A stretch of DNA of 64,000 bases, from the NCBI GenBank assembly GCA_045863855.1, contig BTVV01000006.1, forward strand, positions 53,321-117,320, written 5' to 3'. Every line of letters starts with the position of its first letter. The first letter of the stretch is position 1. This stretch comes from Planctomycetota bacterium. GTDB taxonomy: Bacteria; Planctomycetota; SZUA-567; H5-PLA8. The translations under genes were made by a program, and so were the position numbers. The notes under the pieces are model-generated. The model did not search any database, was not told the origin of the DNA, and worked only from the letters and a program-made list of their open reading frames with translations. Positions 9,744-18,674 of this stretch are shown here, piece after piece.

Positions 9744-10220
9744 ATGCAACGCTCGATTCGGACGGTTCTTCCTTTGGCGCTTTTGGCGCTCGTGCTTGCC
9801 GGTTGCTTCGGCGGTGGCGAACGCACCGATACCGCTCGCGCGGCAGCCGTGTCCTTCAGCGGCTACGCCTGGGACGGGCAGGCCAGCGGCTATACCTTCA
9901 AGACGACGACCGATCAGGCCGCGCAGGCCGGCTTGTCGGCGCTGCGTAAGCACGGCTTTATGGTCGAGCCGTACGACGCCAAGCGTTCGGGCGGCGCTCC
10001 GAAGCTGCGTGGGAAGACCAAGGCCAACCTCGACGCCGAGATCAACCTCCAGCTCGTTTCGCCCAGCACCGTGGACTGCAAGGTGAAGATCGGCTCGCTC
10101 GGCGACCGTACGGCGTCCGAGACCGTTCTCGAAAGCATGCGCGTTCAGCTCGAACGCTCGGAGCGTTCCGCGCCGCCTCCCGCGCCGGCCGCGAAGCCCG
10201 CCGAGAAGAAAGCGCCATGA
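9744..10220 (+). CDS. Lipoprotein, DUF3568-like
   Basis: Lipobox VLAGC; KVKIGSLGDRTASETVL C-terminal motif. Confidence 0.65.
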   Translation: MQRSIRTVLPLALLALVLAGCFGGGERTDTARAAAVSFSGYAWDGQASGYTFKTTTDQAAQAGLSALRKHGFMVEPYDAKRSGGAPKLRGKTKANLDAEINLQLVSPSTVDCKVKIGSLGDRTASETVLESMRVQLERSERSAPPPAPAAKPAEKKAP

Positions 10221-11182
10221 GCCGCCCGGCGGGATTGCTGGAGCATGCCGGGCAAGCCGTGGGCTGGACACCGCTCGTCGAAATCCAACGCTTGGGCAAG
10301 GGACTTCCCGGCCGGGTCGCGGTGAAGCTGGAGTACTTCTCGCCCGGCGCGAGCATCAAGGATCGCCCGGCGCTCGCCATCGTCGAAGCCGCCGAACGCG
10401 CCGGGGTGCTGCGCAAAGGCCAACGCATCGTCGAAAAGACGAGCGGAAACATGGGCGCGGGACTCGCCTGGGCCTGTGCGATCAAAGGGTATCGTTTCAC
10501 GGCGGTGCTGAGTGTCGGGAATACGCCCGAGCGCAGCCAGATGATCAAGGCCTTCGGCGCCGAAGTCGTTAAGGTTCGCCAGGCTCCCGGCGCCAAACCG
10601 GGGCAGGTCAGCAAAGAAGATTTGGATCTCGTCGAGGCCGAGACGCAAAAGCTGGTCAAGAAATACAAGGCGTTCCGGCCCGACCAGTTCAACAACCCCG
10701 GATCGGTCAGGGCGCACCGCTTCGGGACGGGTCCGGAAATCTGGGAACAGACCGCAGGGCGCGTCACGCATTTCTGTTCGTTCGCCGGTTCCAGCGGCAC
10801 ACTGATCGGGACCGCTCAAGCCTTAAAGGAGCGCCACGCCGGCGTGCGCGTGTTCGCCGTCGAACCCGCTCAAGCGCCGTTTCTGGCCGGAAAGCCCGTG
10901 CGGGACACGCGGCATGCGATTCAAGGCGGCGGCTATGCCGTCGAGCCGGGGATTTACGACCGCGGTGTGGTGGACGCTTACCTTACGGTGACCGACGTAG
11001 AAGCCACGCGCACCGCCCGAGCGCTGGCCGCGAGCGAAGGGATCATGGGTGGGTTTTCAACCGGCGCCAACGTCGCCGCCGCGCTGCAATTGGCCCGAAA
11101 GGCACCGCGCGGGAGCCTGATCGTTACCGTCGCGTGCGACAGCGGCTTGAAGTATCTCTCGACGGATCTATACGAAGCCTGA
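10217..11182 (+). CDS. Cysteine synthase family PLP-dependent enzyme
   Basis: KLEYFSPGASIKDR (PLP Lys), TSGNMG, QFNNP, GPEIWEQ, DSGLKYLST. Confidence 0.88.
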   Translation: MSRPAGLLEHAGQAVGWTPLVEIQRLGKGLPGRVAVKLEYFSPGASIKDRPALAIVEAAERAGVLRKGQRIVEKTSGNMGAGLAWACAIKGYRFTAVLSVGNTPERSQMIKAFGAEVVKVRQAPGAKPGQVSKEDLDLVEAETQKLVKKYKAFRPDQFNNPGSVRAHRFGTGPEIWEQTAGRVTHFCSFAGSSGTLIGTAQALKERHAGVRVFAVEPAQAPFLAGKPVRDTRHAIQGGGYAVEPGIYDRGVVDAYLTVTDVEATRTARALAASEGIMGGFSTGANVAAALQLARKAPRGSLIVTVACDSGLKYLSTDLYEA

Positions 11183-11542
11183 AATGGCGTCATCTCCCCG
11201 CGCTGCGGGATCGGCGAGAAAATTCGTGCCGGTTGATTTGCTTATCGAATGCGCTTGAGGTTAGTTGAGTTCCCATACAGGCCGAAGTACCGGCGCCCCA
11301 CTTGGCCGCGCCAGACCTGAGGTTATGCGCCATGTTGTTCATCGCGATACACCGCTCCGGCAGTCCAGCCGTTACACGCGGCTGAGCTCCGTGATGGTTG
11401 CGCCGTCCGCGCAACACCATCTTCCAACCTGACCCGGGCATGCGCGCGTTTGCGCGAACGTGCCCATTCGCCCGACACGCGCCGCCCTTGCGGCTGCCGC
11501 GGATCGAATTCCATTGTCCAGCCTTTTCCTGGATCGTCGCAC

Positions 11543-12496
11543 ATGAAGCACGCGCAGATTGACGAGATTCTTCACACTCTGCCTCGGCCGCGGCAGGTGT
11601 ACCACTATTTCAGGGATCGTTACGCGTTGGAACTGCTCGCATGGGCCTGCGGCGAAGGGCGCAAGATCGCGGACCTGAAATGCGCGTCCGAGGCTCGATT
11701 CCTGCAGAAGCCGGCGGTCAAAGCGGTGCTTTCGCGGTGTGGGGGCGGAACGCTTTCGGCTCTCGACCTTCAATCCTGGTGGCCGCCGGATTACCAGACC
11801 TACATGCTTACGTTTGGCCGGCACGGACTCGAGCGCAAACGTAGCCGGCGCGAATGCGAACAGATATCGCGCCGAGGACAGAACCTGGTCCTGAAGCTGT
11901 GTCTGACCCGCGCGCATGACGCATTCTGCAAGAAGCTGCTGGGACCGGAGCGCATGGTACATTACTGGAGTCACTTTTCCGATGAAGGCGGCTTACCGGT
12001 TCTGGCCTGGACGCGCTTGGACGTGGAACTGGACGACGACGAGGTGCTGATCGAGGAACTGCAGAACGACTGGATCCGCGATGTCGTACGCGAGCGCCGA
12101 CACGAAGGGCCGATGACGCCCGAGGTATGGCGCACCGGCGGGAAGTATTCCTGGTGGTTCGGCCTCAATCGGCGTGAACTCGAACGCTATTACGCGGAGG
12201 TGATCGAGCCGCACCTCAAGATTTGGGATGAAGCCTTGTTGCTGGCGACGCTTCTATTCGTGCGCAACGAACTGGGCGTGCGGCGCGTGTATTATCACAC
12301 GCCGTCCTCTAGCAATGTATTGAAGCGATTTTCACGGTATTGGCACCCGCCGCGCAGCCTATACACCGAACTGCCTCGCCGCTTCGGCTTTCGGGAAACG
12401 CTGGCACCGCCGAAGATGGTGGCGCGGGCGGCGGGACGGCGCTTCGACCGAGCTCGGCGGGAGGGCCGGGTGGGCTGGTTCTTCCGGGAACTGTAA
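11543..12496 (+). CDS. Hypothetical protein, possible GNAT-like fold
   Basis: 317 aa; LAWTRLD...LIEELQNDW...VYYHT...PPRSLYTELPRRFGF. Confidence 0.7.
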   Translation: MKHAQIDEILHTLPRPRQVYHYFRDRYALELLAWACGEGRKIADLKCASEARFLQKPAVKAVLSRCGGGTLSALDLQSWWPPDYQTYMLTFGRHGLERKRSRRECEQISRRGQNLVLKLCLTRAHDAFCKKLLGPERMVHYWSHFSDEGGLPVLAWTRLDVELDDDEVLIEELQNDWIRDVVRERRHEGPMTPEVWRTGGKYSWWFGLNRRELERYYAEVIEPHLKIWDEALLLATLLFVRNELGVRRVYYHTPSSSNVLKRFSRYWHPPRSLYTELPRRFGFRETLAPPKMVARAAGRRFDRARREGRVGWFFREL

Positions 12497-12546
12497 CCGC
12501 TGCCGCACTTGCGCGGCGCTTGACCCTCCGGCATCATTAATAAAGT

Positions 12547-12574
12547 GGGCCGGGAGGCGACTCCCGGCCCTTTT
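12547..12574 (+). terminator. Intrinsic terminator-like hairpin
   Basis: GGGCCGGGAG-GCGA-CTCCCGGCCC-TTTT. Confidence 0.65.
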
Positions 12575-12604
12575 CACGCCACCCGCGAATCGAGGCCGCT
12601 TGCC

Positions 12605-13918
12605 ATGGACAGCTTTAAGTACAAGGATGGAACGCTTTACGCCGAGGACGTTCCCGCGCGCAAGATCGCCGAGGAAGTCGGCACGCCCGCGTATGTCTAC
12701 TCCCGCGAGACGCTGCTCGACCATTACACCAAGATCGACAAGGCCTTCGCTGAAGTCCCGCACCTGATCTGCTATTCGGTCAAAGCCAACAGCAGCTTGG
12801 GCGTGCTCGCCATTCTCGAACACGCCGGCACGGGCTTCGACGTCGTCAGCGGCGGCGAACTGGCCCGCGTGCAGAAGATCGGCGCGGACATGAAGAAGGT
12901 CGTCTTCGCGGGCGTGGGCAAAGGCGATGCCGAACTCGTTCAGGCGCTGCGCGCCGGAATCCTTATGTTCAACGTCGAGTCCGAAGCCGAACTGGAGAAC
13001 ATCGACCGTCTCGCCGGGCAGCTCAAGGCCGAAGGTGACATGAAAGAGCCCGCTCGTGTGGCGCTGCGGGTGAACCCCGACGTGGACCCCAAGACGCACG
13101 CGTATATCACCACGGGCAAAAAGGAGAATAAGTTCGGCGTCGACCTCGAACGCGCCAGCGGCATCATCGCCGCCGCCAAGAAGCATGCGCACGTCCGCGT
13201 CACCGGGATACACGCGCATATCGGCAGCCAGATCACCGATGTGACGCCATATCAGGAATCGCTGACGAAGGTGGTGAGTTTCATCAAGGCGCACCGCGGC
13301 AAGGACGTTCCGATCCAGTACCTCAACAGCGGCGGCGGCTTCGGCATTTATTACGCCGACCGCAAGGCGCAGCCGGCGGCGAAGTTTGCCGAAGTGATCG
13401 TGCCGATGGTGAAGGACAGCGGCTGTACCCTGGTGCTCGAACCCGGCCGCTTCATCTGCGGCAACGCCGGCATTCTGCTGACACGCGTGACTTACGTGAA
13501 GGAGAGCGGCAACAAGCGTTTTCTGATCGTCGATGCGGGGATGAACGATCTTGCGCGCCCGACGCTGTACGGCGCGTTCCACGAGATCTGGCCCGTCGAG
13601 GCCGCGGAACTGCCGCCTACGCGCGGAGGCAAGCCCGCCGAGGGTGAGGCGTACGCCGTCAGCGACGTGGTGGGGCCCATCTGCGAGAGCGGCGACTTCC
13701 TGGCCAAGGACCGCGCGCTGCCCAAGGGCTTGGCGCGCGGCGATCTGCTGGCCGTATACAGCGCCGGAGCCTACGGCTTCGTCATGGCGGGCAACTACAA
13801 CACGCGCCCCTTCGTGCCGGAAGTGATCGTGAAAGGCGGAGCCCATTACGTCGTCAACCGCCGCCAGACGGTCGAAGAACTGCTCGCGCGCGAAAGCGTG
13901 CCGCAGGATCTGCTCTAA
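12605..13918 (+). CDS. lysA: Diaminopimelate decarboxylase
   Basis: YSVKAN, FDVVSGGEL, HIGSQI, EPGR, GPICESGD, GAYG, NYN. Confidence 0.95.
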   Translation: MDSFKYKDGTLYAEDVPARKIAEEVGTPAYVYSRETLLDHYTKIDKAFAEVPHLICYSVKANSSLGVLAILEHAGTGFDVVSGGELARVQKIGADMKKVVFAGVGKGDAELVQALRAGILMFNVESEAELENIDRLAGQLKAEGDMKEPARVALRVNPDVDPKTHAYITTGKKENKFGVDLERASGIIAAAKKHAHVRVTGIHAHIGSQITDVTPYQESLTKVVSFIKAHRGKDVPIQYLNSGGGFGIYYADRKAQPAAKFAEVIVPMVKDSGCTLVLEPGRFICGNAGILLTRVTYVKESGNKRFLIVDAGMNDLARPTLYGAFHEIWPVEAAELPPTRGGKPAEGEAYAVSDVVGPICESGDFLAKDRALPKGLARGDLLAVYSAGAYGFVMAGNYNTRPFVPEVIVKGGAHYVVNRRQTVEELLARESVPQDLL

Positions 13919-13927
13919 GCGCGGCTC

Positions 13928-14680
13928 GTGATCCAGTCCACGAATACCGCTTCGCGTCTCTGCGCTGCCGTCATCGTCGCGGCGGGTTCCAGTTCGCGCA
14001 TGGGCGGGAAAGTCCGCAAACCGTATCTGAAGCTGCGCGGTAAACCGATCCTCGCCTGGACCGCCTTGGCGCTCGCGCGGGTGCCGGGGCTTGAGCAACT
14101 CGTGGTTGTCACGCGTCCTGAGGACCGCCGCCGCGCGCGGTCGGCCGTGAAACTCGCCAAGTTGCCCAAGCGCATCGAAGTGGTCTTTGCCGACGGCGGC
14201 GCGCGCCGCCAAGACAGTGTGCGCAACGGTTTGCGCGCGACGGCGCCGGGCGCCGAACTGGTCTTGATCCATGATGCCGCGCGACCATTCCCGCCGCCGG
14301 AGGCGATTCGCCAGGCACTCGACGCCGCGGCGCGTTTGGGCGCGGCGATCCTGGCCATGCCCGTGCGCGATACGCTGAAGAAGGAAACGGCGCGGCATTC
14401 GAACCCGGACGCGCCTCCGGTCTCGTCCGAGACCGTACCGCGCGCGGGACTCTGGCAGGCCCAGACTCCGCAGATTTTCCGGCGTGCACTCATCCTTGAA
14501 CTGGCCGATCGGCTTCAGAAGCAGGCGCCTAACGTGGAAGTCACCGACGACGCCGCCGTATGCGAACGCTTCCGCCAGCCCGTCGCGCTGATCGAGTCCA
14601 GCAGCACCAACCTCAAGATCACGCGCCCCGAAGATGTCGCCATCGCCGAAGCGTTTTTGAAACTCGGGCTCGTTCGCTAA
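13928..14680 (+). CDS. ispD: 2-C-methyl-D-erythritol 4-phosphate cytidylyltransferase
   Basis: AAGSSSRMG, GGARRQDSV, LIHDAARP, QTPQ, TDDA, NLKIT. Confidence 0.95.
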   Translation: MIQSTNTASRLCAAVIVAAGSSSRMGGKVRKPYLKLRGKPILAWTALALARVPGLEQLVVVTRPEDRRRARSAVKLAKLPKRIEVVFADGGARRQDSVRNGLRATAPGAELVLIHDAARPFPPPEAIRQALDAAARLGAAILAMPVRDTLKKETARHSNPDAPPVSSETVPRAGLWQAQTPQIFRRALILELADRLQKQAPNVEVTDDAAVCERFRQPVALIESSSTNLKITRPEDVAIAEAFLKLGLVR

Positions 14681-14755
14681 GTTGCCGCTTCCCGCCGGAT
14701 CGTTTGCACCAAACGGAAGCCCGGCGCTCGCCGCGCACTCGATGACTCGCCGCAC

Positions 14756-14793
14756 AAAATAAAGCTCCCCATCCCGGGCCACGGGATGGGGAG
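14756..14793 (-). terminator. Intrinsic terminator of the PFOR operon
   Basis: 12-bp stem CTCCCCATCCCG/CGGGATGGGGAG followed by CTTTATTTT on the minus strand. Confidence 0.8.
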
Positions 14794-14827
14794 AGGTAAG
14801 GCGTGGTGCGGACGGGCTCGGTTTCGC

Positions 14828-16429
14828 TTAGCGCAAACCGGCCAGTTCCTGCAGCATGTGCCAGTTCTTCAGGCGGTCGGCCTGAGACGCGAGCAGCGTT
14901 TCGGAAGGATTGCCTTCCTTGTCGAAGTGCTTGGCAAAGCGGCCTTCGGTGCGCGCAAAGTAGGTGAAGTCGACGGGTTCCTTGGTCTTGGGATTCAGGT
15001 ACCAGTCGTCCTTCATCGCCGGATTTCCGGCCAGCGAGAGGCGCTCCTTCATGCGCTCGCCCTTGCGCGGATCGTACATGATCAGCGGGAAGGCGCGGGA
15101 TTCGACGGCCAACTTGGCCTGATGGCCGGCCATGTTGTCCGCGACGCCGTGTTCGGGCTGGCAGGTCGTGTAGACGTTGATCACCGCCGGGCCGTCGAAC
15201 TCGTTGGCCGCCATCACCGCTTTGTAGAAGTGGTTGATGTGCGCGCAGGTGGTCTGAGCGACCAGGGTTTCGGGGTGCATCATGCAGATGGTGGCAAGTT
15301 CCTTGCGGCGTTCGGTCTTGCCGCCCTGCGCCTTGCCGTGCGCCGACATCTTGGTTTCCTGGCCGGTGTAGGTGCTGGTCGACGCCTGGCCGCCGGTGTT
15401 GCTGTAGACCTGCGTGTCGAGCACCAGGACCTTGATGTCCATGCCGCTGGCGAGCATGCGGGAGAGCGACTGGAAGCCGATGTCGTTCATCGCACCGTCG
15501 CCGCCGATGACCCAGAGGCGCTTGTTCTTCCAGCCCTTTTGGTTCCAGCGCGCGCGGACGCCCATGGCGTCGGCGGGGCCGTTCTCGAAGAGGCTGTTGG
15601 TCCACGGCACCAAGTAGGGGTTATACGGATAGGTGCTCGTGTACACCGTGTTGCAACCCGTGGAAGCGACGAGGCCGATGTTCTCCTTGCCGGCCTGGAA
15701 TGCGGTGGCAGCCAGCATCATGCGCAACGCCGTTGCTTCGCCGCAGCCGGCGCAGGAACCGGCGCCGCCGACGTACAGTAGCGCTTTCTCGACGAGCATC
15801 AGGTCGCTGACGATGCGCTCGTTGACGTACTCCATCGGCGTATCCGGTAGCTTCTTGTAGACCTGCCAGTCCTTGCGGTAGGTCTCGAGGTTTTCGTCGG
15901 TCTTCTTGACCATCTTCAGCGCCGCGTGGCTGCCGCAGACTTCAACGCATTCGGCGCAGCCCTTGCACTTTGTCGGGTCGATGAAGATGCCGAAGAGCCC
16001 CGGCTCTTTCTTTTGCTTTTCGTACGTGACGTGGAACTTCTGCGTCTTGGTGAACTGCTTGGCCACGTGCGCGCGGTAATCGGGATCGGCGATCCCGTTC
16101 AATTCGGCCTCGAGCGCCGGGTTTTTGACCACCTTGCCGAGGATGGCCGTGTCCGGGCACTCGACGACGCATTCCATGCAAGCCACGCAGTTTTCCGGGA
16201 TGAATTCCGGAATCTCGGGGGCGATGTAGGAGAAGTCGCGCATCACGCCGGTGCCGGCGGGAATCAAGCTGCGCGAGAGATCGCGATCGGCTTCGAGTTC
16301 CAACTCGGCAACGCCGCGCTCGTACGCGGTAATGACGCGCTCGTTAAAGTCGGCTACATCGAGCACGGACTCATCAAGGTGATGCGGGGCTTCCTTGACG
16401 GCCTGAATGGGTTTCGCGGAGTCGATCAT
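14828..16429 (-). CDS. Pyruvate:ferredoxin oxidoreductase C-terminal half (2x[4Fe-4S] + TPP domain)
   Basis: CVACMECVVECP, CKGCAECVEVC, SCAGCGE, GGDGA, YSNTGGQAS. Confidence 0.9.
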   Translation of the reverse strand: MIDSAKPIQAVKEAPHHLDESVLDVADFNERVITAYERGVAELELEADRDLSRSLIPAGTGVMRDFSYIAPEIPEFIPENCVACMECVVECPDTAILGKVVKNPALEAELNGIADPDYRAHVAKQFTKTQKFHVTYEKQKKEPGLFGIFIDPTKCKGCAECVEVCGSHAALKMVKKTDENLETYRKDWQVYKKLPDTPMEYVNERIVSDLMLVEKALLYVGGAGSCAGCGEATALRMMLAATAFQAGKENIGLVASTGCNTVYTSTYPYNPYLVPWTNSLFENGPADAMGVRARWNQKGWKNKRLWVIGGDGAMNDIGFQSLSRMLASGMDIKVLVLDTQVYSNTGGQASTSTYTGQETKMSAHGKAQGGKTERRKELATICMMHPETLVAQTTCAHINHFYKAVMAANEFDGPAVINVYTTCQPEHGVADNMAGHQAKLAVESRAFPLIMYDPRKGERMKERLSLAGNPAMKDDWYLNPKTKEPVDFTYFARTEGRFAKHFDKEGNPSETLLASQADRLKNWHMLQELAGLR

Positions 16430-16488
16430 GGGTGCATCCTTTTCCTATGGCCTAGTGTGACGATTCGATCGCGTAAGCCGTTCTACGC

Positions 16489-18468
16489 TCAGTTCCCGCC
16501 CGCGGATGCGGCCTGCACGGTATTTTCTCCGATCACAGCGCGGGGGATTTCGAGGAACTCTTTGAACCCGCGCGTGATCGCCGCCATGTTTTCGGCCACG
16601 ACCTTGTCGCCGCGCTTGCCCCAGTATTTGCGCACGACCTTCTCGATGCCGGCGAAGACCTGCTCGTCGGTCAGGGCCAAGCGCTTCTGGAAAGGCGTGA
16701 TCTTCATAAACGTGCCGACCAGCACCACGCCTTGCATGCGCATCAGCAGATCGGGGATCGAGCAAACTTCGCGCGCGACCTTGACCATGTCCATGTAGTA
16801 CACGCGCACACGCTTCTCGCGGATGATCTCTTTCGCGTACGCCGGGATGCCCGCCCAGACCAATTCAGGCGTCTCCTTGTCCGACTGCATGAAGACCGCG
16901 CCATGGTCGGCGATACCCATCAGCGGATTTCCGCTGACGAAGGCGTTGATGTCGTTGACAACCACCAGCTCGATGTTTTCCAGTTCGCAGTGCGTGCGGA
17001 CGTGGTCTTTGGCAATGGTGAGGTAATAGGTGGTCGGGAGCCCCTTCTTTTCGCTGCCGTATTTCGGATAAGCCTGCACGTCCATGCCGAAGGTCTCTCC
17101 GGCGATGGTCGCGATGACCTTGTTCGTCGTCACAGAGCCGAAACCGCCGACCGAATGCCCGCGCATCGAGAATGCGCCTTCCGGCCGGACGTCCGGATCG
17201 TCGCTGATATCCAGCGCCAGCGGATGCTTGATGCCCAGCACGTAGTAGTGCTTCGGCTTCGGAGCCATCATGTTCTGCACGGCGGCCCAGAAGTGGCCGG
17301 GGCGGCAGTCGCGGCTGCCCAAACCCGCCGAGACGCTGAAGATCGGCGGAATGCGCTCGACCTTCGGCATGTGGTTCAATCCCGCGACCGCGTCGCAAAA
17401 GGCGGCCTTGAGGTCGCGCGTGAGCGGGTTGCTGGGCGCAAGCGGATCGTCCATGCGCTCCAGCACCGTGACGCCCTTCATGTTTTTGAGCGCCGCGAGG
17501 AGCTGCTTGTCGGGGAAGGGGCGGTAGCTGGTGACGTGCACCACGCCAACCTTGACCTTCTTCTCTTCGCGGATCCAGTCCACCGTGGCCATGGCCGTTT
17601 CGGCCAGACCGCCCATCGCGACGAGCGCGTATTCGGCGTCGTCCATCTTGTAGCACTCGATGAAGTCGTAGCGCCGGCCGGTAAGGCGGTAGAACTCTTC
17701 GAACGCTTCGCTCAGGGCATTGGGCACGCGCGCGTAGAAGTAGCGCTGCGCGATCTTGCCCTTCATGTAGCTGTCCTGGTTCTGCACCACGCCGGACATC
17801 ACGGGGCTGTCGGGGTCCATCAGGTTGCGCAGCTTCTTGTTCGGATCGCCGACGTACTCCTTCATGAAGTCCTTCTCGGGCAGGCGCACGTTTTCGACGG
17901 TGTGCGTCGTGAGAAAGCCGTCCTGCACGTTCAAGAAGGGCGTCTCGCTGGCCTCGGCGGCACGGCGGGTGATCAGCGCGAGGTCGCCGGATTCCTGGGC
18001 GTTCTTGGCGAAGACGATGCCCCAGCCCGTGTCGGCGACGCCCATCACGTCGTCGTGGCCGGCATGCACGTTCAAGCCCTGGCTGGTCAGCGCGCGGGCG
18101 CCGATGTGGAAGACGATCGGCAGGCGCTTGCCGCTGATCGTGTACAGCACTTCCTTCATCAGGATCAGGCCTTGGCCCGAGGTGAAGTTCGTCACCCGGC
18201 CGCCGGCTACCGCGAAGCCTTCGCAGGACGAGGCGCTGGAGTGTTCGCTTTCCGGTTCGATGAAGGCGAGCGTTTCGCCCCACAGATTCTTGAGCCCGTT
18301 CGCCACGGCTAACTGAAAGCCGCCGCCCATCGTCGTCGAACTGGTGATCGGATACGCGCATGCGCCTTGGCAGACGTGCGTCTCGACCCATACGACCGTC
18401 GCCGCACCGTCGCCCGTCGTCGGAATACCCGGATACGGGAATTCGGACTTGTTGGGTTCGTTCGACAT
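16489..18468 (-). CDS. Pyruvate:ferredoxin oxidoreductase N-terminal half (alpha + gamma domains)
   Basis: AYPITSS, ESEH, FTSGQGL, QDGFLTTH, GGFGSVTTNK, YGSEKKG. Confidence 0.9.
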   Translation of the reverse strand: MSNEPNKSEFPYPGIPTTGDGAATVVWVETHVCQGACAYPITSSTTMGGGFQLAVANGLKNLWGETLAFIEPESEHSSASSCEGFAVAGGRVTNFTSGQGLILMKEVLYTISGKRLPIVFHIGARALTSQGLNVHAGHDDVMGVADTGWGIVFAKNAQESGDLALITRRAAEASETPFLNVQDGFLTTHTVENVRLPEKDFMKEYVGDPNKKLRNLMDPDSPVMSGVVQNQDSYMKGKIAQRYFYARVPNALSEAFEEFYRLTGRRYDFIECYKMDDAEYALVAMGGLAETAMATVDWIREEKKVKVGVVHVTSYRPFPDKQLLAALKNMKGVTVLERMDDPLAPSNPLTRDLKAAFCDAVAGLNHMPKVERIPPIFSVSAGLGSRDCRPGHFWAAVQNMMAPKPKHYYVLGIKHPLALDISDDPDVRPEGAFSMRGHSVGGFGSVTTNKVIATIAGETFGMDVQAYPKYGSEKKGLPTTYYLTIAKDHVRTHCELENIELVVVNDINAFVSGNPLMGIADHGAVFMQSDKETPELVWAGIPAYAKEIIREKRVRVYYMDMVKVAREVCSIPDLLMRMQGVVLVGTFMKITPFQKRLALTDEQVFAGIEKVVRKYWGKRGDKVVAENMAAITRGFKEFLEIPRAVIGENTVQAASAGGN

Positions 18469-18643
18469 GCTGATTCCCCTTAAGTGTCTCGATGGCGTTC
18501 CAGTGGCGCGCGTGGCTCACACGCCGCTACTATCCTGACTTAGGTCACTTTAGGTCTGGAGGCTTGTGCGCCGACCTAACTCTATGCCTGTTTAAAGGGT
18601 ACCTTGTTTAGAAGGGGCGTACACTATATGGTTTGAATTGCTG

Positions 18644-18662
18644 CCATATTTTTTGCTTATGG
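18644..18662. promoter_or_regulatory. LysR-type T-N11-A binding site
   Basis: CCATA-TTTTTTGCT-TATGG interrupted inverted repeat in the divergent PFOR/LysR spacer. Confidence 0.65.
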
Positions 18663-18674
18663 GAGATTAACTCC

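Noticed and set aside
11255..11440. SRP RNA, tmRNA, or glycine, cobalamin or lysine riboswitch
   Set aside because: Only short partial words match (e.g. GGTCAGG on the minus strand); conserved cores are missing
12359..14782. Long antisense ORFs (807 aa here; also 28366-30540, 45139-47289, 51302-53764, 38831-40669)
   Set aside because: Shadows of well-supported genes on the opposite strand, expected with high GC3 codon usage; no motifs
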